The notes under the pieces: generated by a model
The model's database searches: none
The model's input: the letters and a program-made list of their open reading frames with translations, nothing else
What the model was told of the DNA's origin: nothing
Made by a program: the position numbers and the translations under genes
Shown here: in pieces, positions 58,363-64,000 of the stretch
Numbering within the stretch: position 1 is the stretch's first letter
Layout of the letters: each line of letters begins with the position of its first letter
Assembly (NCBI RefSeq): GCF_009914755.1
Contig: NC_060936.1
Strand: one strand, 5' to 3'
DNA from: the human T2T-CHM13v2.0 reference genome, Homo sapiens
DNA: 64,000 nucleotides

Positions 58363-60449
58363 CTGAAGTATATAGCAAAGATTATTAGGCAGGTATATGG
58401 AAAAATATGGCTGTGATTATTTTTAATGATAATATTTTAAAATAACCAATCATCCTTTACAAGATTTTTTATGATACAATATAGAATAACAGAATTCCTT
58501 ATTCCTTTGAGTAACACACACACATCATCCATTGATTTTATTACGAATGAAGCATTGACATAGAAAAGTAATTTTCCCCAACATTTATTCATGAAAATTA
58601 GAACATTAAGTGCTAATGGAATTAGAAGTGGAATTATATTACCAGCAAATATCTTATCCCTTTAATGAGAAAATGGCCCAAATGTTCATATTCAAGTATG
58701 CATTATGGGATCTAAATGTGGCTTCCACCATCTGCCCTGCCCTCTTTGCCTTACTATCTCCATGGCAAAGAAAATGGTTATATAGAGAGGCAGAAGATAA
58801 ATTTGGTCCTTTTAGTCACATTCTAGTGATGTGGTTGATTTTAGTATGCCCTGTGGGTCCAGGGATCTATCTTAGGAGTTAGTTATTTGTCTAGACTATA
58901 AAACTACATCTCACTTGGAGAAAACTCCAAGGTAAATTGATTTCTAACACTCGAAAGCAATGTAAGGTATCAAATTCAATGGTACACTTGCTTTTATCTA
59001 TAATCACTACTGTTTTAATGAAATTAAAATATCTTAATAACAACAAATGGTTGTTTTGATAACAAAAGATGCAAAAGAACTCTGAAAAATGCATCTATAA
59101 TTTCACTGACCCTCTTACTGATTTTTAGAATTGACATCCACTTACAAAGCCAATTTGAGATCACTCATTGTTAAGATAGTAGCTATGTGCTTTCACTGAA
59201 ATTCAAATTGATATATACTTGGCCAGGAATATATTGGAAAATACATTCTCTTTACTTTAGTATGCCTTGATCTTACACATAGATGATAAAAACATGGTAT
59301 AATAATTGCTTTATTTTGAATGCGTATGTTTTATGCTTAGGAATATTTCATGAAAATCATTTATGAACTCCCAAATGGATAATTTGATTATTTTCTACTA
59401 TTAATCAATTAGTTACTGTGGTAGACTATATTAATACATTAAGATATATAATGAATAAAATGCCTTTCAACACAGAGTTTTCTGTGTTTGTAATAGATGC
59501 AACCAAAAATTCATTAAAAAAGGTGCAAAATACAAATTTAAGTTATAGTGGCTGAAGAGACATAAATCAACTGCTGTTTCATTTGAGGGGATAGAAGTGT
59601 TAAGTTCTGCATGTAAGCTATTCAGCACCTGGGAAAGGGAACAGCGATACTCGTGCTCTGAATCTAAAAAAGTAGAGGCACTTCTTCACCTGGCTTGCTC
59701 TATCATCCTCCATTCCCTCAGGTCTCCCAGTGACATTCCTTTAGTGAAAACCAGTTTCAAATAGCTTAGCCTCACTGTGACAGATATATATATATAGAAA
59801 TGGATTGAAGGATCAAAAACAAATAACCTATTAGGTACTTATTGAACACCTGTTGTGGACTGAGACTTGTGTTTGGTGTGGAAAATAGATATGGGTCTAA
59901 TTTCCCAGGATATCCTGTTAGATGGACAAAACAAACACATGAAACTGTCTGAAAATACAATACAATACAATATAATACAATACATTACACAAACAGCTGC
60001 TAACGTGAAAACTTGGTGATGTACCTTGTGAAGTATGTCATTTTAGAAAAGGGGTTAATAGCCATTGAAGGTGTTGTGAAGGCATTGTGGCAATGGAGCT
60101 GGCTTCGAAGGGCAGGTAGGAAAGAGGTGGGGATGGCATTCCAAGCAGGAGAAGCACTAATGGGGAGGTATGGAACTTAACATGAAATACGTGGAAGAAA
60201 ATTTAGGGTAGGCCTTCACAGAGTTAATGCATGTTGTAAGAGTTTTAATGTTACATCCAATAGGGAAAGCGACACTTCTAGTTATGTCATAGGTTTGTGA
60301 CATTAAAAGGGAAGAAATAAATTTACATTTACAATTAGTTTTTGCTTCACATAGTAAAAAAGCAAGTAAATATGCACTAATAACCTAAGGAGCACGTAAC
60401 ATTTTCAGAAGTGTATTCTATGAGTTGTACAAAAGCTATTTTTAAATAT

Positions 60450-61060
60450 TAGAACGCTTTCATTTTGAAACTTCTGACTAGTTCCCTAATAAAAATCCCA
60501 CTAGAAAGGCCAGAGTGATCCTGTTGAGTCTGATCATGTAACTTTTCTGTTCATAACTCTCCAATCACTTCCTGTCTCACTGGAAATAAAAGCCAAAACA
60601 GCTGCTACAATCTATCGTACCCGCGCCATCTCTCTGACTAAACTCCCATCTCAGTCAGCAACACTGGCCTCCTTGCTGTTCTTTGGAAACAACCCAGACC
60701 TCTTTTCTGTCTCAGGATCTTGGCAGCTCACCTGGAATGCTCTTCCCCTCTATCTCTACATGGCTAACTCTCTCAGCTACTTTAAATCTTTACTCAAATG
60801 TCACCTGTTCTCTGAATGTCTCCTCCCTTACTCCCTGAAAACTCCAATAAGGAATTTCTTATCCCCATTGTTTGCTTTATTTTTCTCCAAGGTATTGCCC
60901 TTCTAACATAGTATATTATTTACTCCTCATTCTGTCATCTGCCAATAAAATGTAAGCTCAGGGAGGATCTGTGTTTTCATATGCTCTGTTCAGAGATGAA
61001 TTTGAAGTCTAGAACAAGGTCAGGCACAGAAGAGGTACTAAATAAATACGTGTAAATGTT
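60450..61060 (+). mobile_element. L2 fragment
   Basis: ccagagtgatcc...acactggcctccttgctgttc...cctggaatgctcttcccc...ctcaaatgtcacc...tgtaagctc. Confidence 0.8.
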
Positions 61061-63389
61061 AAACAAAATGCCAATCAGTGTTTATATTTAGGTGCTTCTT
61101 GTTTCAGTAAATTGTGTCCTATAATGTTTTGTTTTTGTAGTCCAAATAGCTTTTTCTATTTTACCTTATAACCATGTACAACATTTTGTATTTTAAAGAA
61201 CAAATTTTTTTCTTGCATCTTACCTCCTCTTGAGCTTTTATTTCCCACTTTCTCACAATAGTACTGATTCTAGCTGATCCCAAGAGTCTGATCTATTTGG
61301 GATTCCTGGTGAGAATTTGGTTAAGAGGCAACCCAATGTGCTCAAATAGTTCTGTTCTATGAACAGAAGTATTGATAACACAATTGTTTGGGAAATTATT
61401 GAGCAATCTGGCCACTGAAAAAGTTTTATTTTCTTGGTTTTTGTTTTGTTTAAATCACAAACTCTAATAACAGGATGACTTTAGTAATAGCAGTCTAAGA
61501 AAATGAGATAAGGGAGCTCAAATCCTTTGGTTTCCAACAGTTAGGGCAAAATCTCTAGCATCTGTCTTAGGGCTGACATACTTGAGACTGTGGAAAAACA
61601 GATCAGATGGGAGGGATGGCTAGGTTTTACACCAGGACTGTGTGCTACATGATGGTAACTCCAGATGTGCTTTTCCTTTTGAGAGAAATAACAATTATTT
61701 AAAAAAGAACAGCATTGAAATTTACAAAGCAATATTGCCTTGCATTATTATTTTTAATTATAAAATAATCGGCACCATACAAAATTTATAAAAGGCATAT
61801 ATCTAGGCATGTTGGTTTGAGAGACAAGCAATGCTAGAAAAATAAAGCAATGTGGGCAATGCTATAATACTTGGAAATAACTGAATTTAATACATGATGA
61901 TATGCTAATAGATTATTAAGGGTAGCACTAATTACATAAGGGCATGCTTATTCTCATCAAGTTTTGGAGTTACTGTCAGAAAAATAGTGATCTGAACTGT
62001 ATAAGAAATCCTAAATGACAAACTGATTTGGCACAAAGAAGTCTTTTGGATATACTGCTGTTCTCCGTTCAACCTGTCAATGTATGTAAAGGGATTTAGT
62101 CTGGAATGGATTTTCTTTGTAGCCAGAATTCAACTTTTTTTAAAGGTCAAGTGACAGTTCATCCAGAAAAAGAATGTGATCACTTACCCCAGTACAAATT
62201 TAACTATGAAAATTACTCTCTTTCCCTGTTGGCCTGAAGAATAATTTTAGTGTGTTTTTAAAAATAATTTCAGTCAATCAAATATTTGACCATCTTTTCC
62301 CAAAGGATCACCCGTACATCACTAAATTTCGGGGCATACATTTCAGGTTTAAGATTCAGAATAGATTTTAGAGGGCATCAGCTGTACTTCCTTTTAGAGG
62401 AAGTGTCAGGCATGGAGGTGTTATCACTTGTGTCAAAACACAAACAAGAAAAGTACTAATTGCAAGAAACAGTTATTTTGAGACAGTACAACTTCTGAAT
62501 CATTGTGCATTTTCAAGAAACACTCTTCAATAAAGAATGCTGTTAGTATCTTCCATAGGCCTCAGGTTCTCCTATTATTGATATCAATAAGTTACTGTGA
62601 CTAGAAAGTGATATTTTAGGAGGCCCAACATGTGGTGAGCACTCAGGTCTGTGAATAATTTGCAAGTCCGTATCTAAATGTGCAGAGGGAAGTCTGCACT
62701 TGCTATGCCTGAACTGAAGACAGGAGCAAACAAAGGGTGTGCAGTCAAGAAATGACGAGACTCAAAAATTTCTAGATAAAAGACCAATAGGTTCTAGAAA
62801 ATGTATATAAATTAGAAGCATAGGCCAAGCTACAGATTTCCAACTTTTAATGCAGACTAATTAACCAGGCGGGTGCAACTCTGGTTGAATGACTAAATCC
62901 AGATGGAAATGCCTGGATTTTCATTCTTAGGTTTTAAGTTTCTCCTTAGCGATTGTTGTTGTGGTCTAATTGGTATACGAGTAGAGTCTCTGGCTCCCAT
63001 CTCTTGCATTTGCATGCCATCACATGCCTCCCTGCCTTATCTCCCCACATACTTTGTCTTGATTTTCATGATTCAACAAAAATGCTTCCTTTCTATATCC
63101 ATCCTTCTCTTGCCCTGGAGGCATTATCTACCACTTTCATACATAGGCCCCATAGTACTAAGCAATTTTCTCTATAGTATCTTTTATGTTTCATTGAATT
63201 TGTTGGTTCACAAGTTGTGACCCCTGACTCCATGGGCTTGACAGCAGAGACTTTGTACGCTCTGTGTCTGAGTTGATTAGGGGGTCAGTCATCTGATTTG
63301 TATAGACCTACTATATGCCAAGTTTTGCAGCAAGCAAAGAATAAAGCCAACTGAATCTCTGACCTCAAAGACCATACATTCCAGTGAGG

Positions 63390-64000
63390 AAGGAAGATTT
63401 GTATAAACACATATACACATACATAAACAAAATAAGTTGAGCCATTGATATGTGTTCTACAGGAGGTAAAATAGACTAAGGCAGTAAAGTAGGCAATGCT
63501 TATAGTGTTCTGGGAACATAGATGTCTATAACGAGGCAACATTTGAGTAGAAACATGTACGTTGAAAAGTGGCAGGGAGTAGGGGTATGGTGGGAATGTT
63601 TTAAGCAGAAACATAGTATAAAATTCCTATTAAAGGAGTGGAATTAAATGTTTGAGCAACTGATAAAAGCCAAGAAGGGCCAGTGTGACTGGAGTGAATT
63701 GAAGGACACGGGAGTTGGTGGTGGAGGAAGATGAAATTGGAGACGTAGACAAGAGAAAAGCAAGAACATGTTGGGCTTTGGGAGCTGAAGAGGAGTTTAT
63801 TCTAAACATAGTAAGAAGCCATCAGAGGGTTTAAGCACAAGAACATAAAATAATTTGTACATTATAAAGGCATTTCTGGCTGTTGAGGATAGCACGGACT
63901 TGAGTCAGGCCAGAGTTGTGATCTAAGGATACAAGTTAGAAGGTTGTTTCAATTTTCAAGCAGAAGATAATGGTTGCTTTGTCCTGAGCTGTGGCAGCAG
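63390..64000 (-). mobile_element. L2 fragment
   Basis: ggccagtgtgactggag...ttattctaa...gagggtttaagca...tctggctgttg. Confidence 0.7.

Overview
Human (primate) genomic DNA, AT-rich and repeat-dense, containing the convergent 3' ends of two genes recognised from their translated exons. On the + strand are the last three coding exons of ACSS3 (acyl-CoA synthetase short-chain 3; stop at 13905-13907). On the - strand are the last 11 exons of PPFIA2 (liprin-alpha2): three SAM domains, the CASK-binding linker, the C-terminal TYSC motif (stop 20959-20961) and a terminal exon starting at 18641. All exon phases chain in frame. The rest is intron/UTR with a 5'-inverted young L1PA, 11 Alus (one a pristine AluYa5), older L1/L2/MIR/MLT1/Tigger fragments and simple repeats. 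Nearly all other ORF-track entries are repeat-derived or chance ORFs. There are no RNA genes, CRISPR arrays or prokaryote-type systems. The most interesting signals are splicing-level hypotheses. First, a PPFIA2 C-terminal switch in which all three frames of the terminal exon give distinct short tails (VYST, KTEF, CTTI versus canonical TYSC), reachable by exon skipping or a candidate 7-nt microexon, in a zone a long ACSS3 3'UTR could overlap in antisense. Second, a U13-AAU-A10-G splice acceptor. Third, three CTCAG|GTAA recursive-splice-like sites in one intron. Fourth, an AluYa5 abutting a branch-point region. These are sequence-based predictions that need RNA data.
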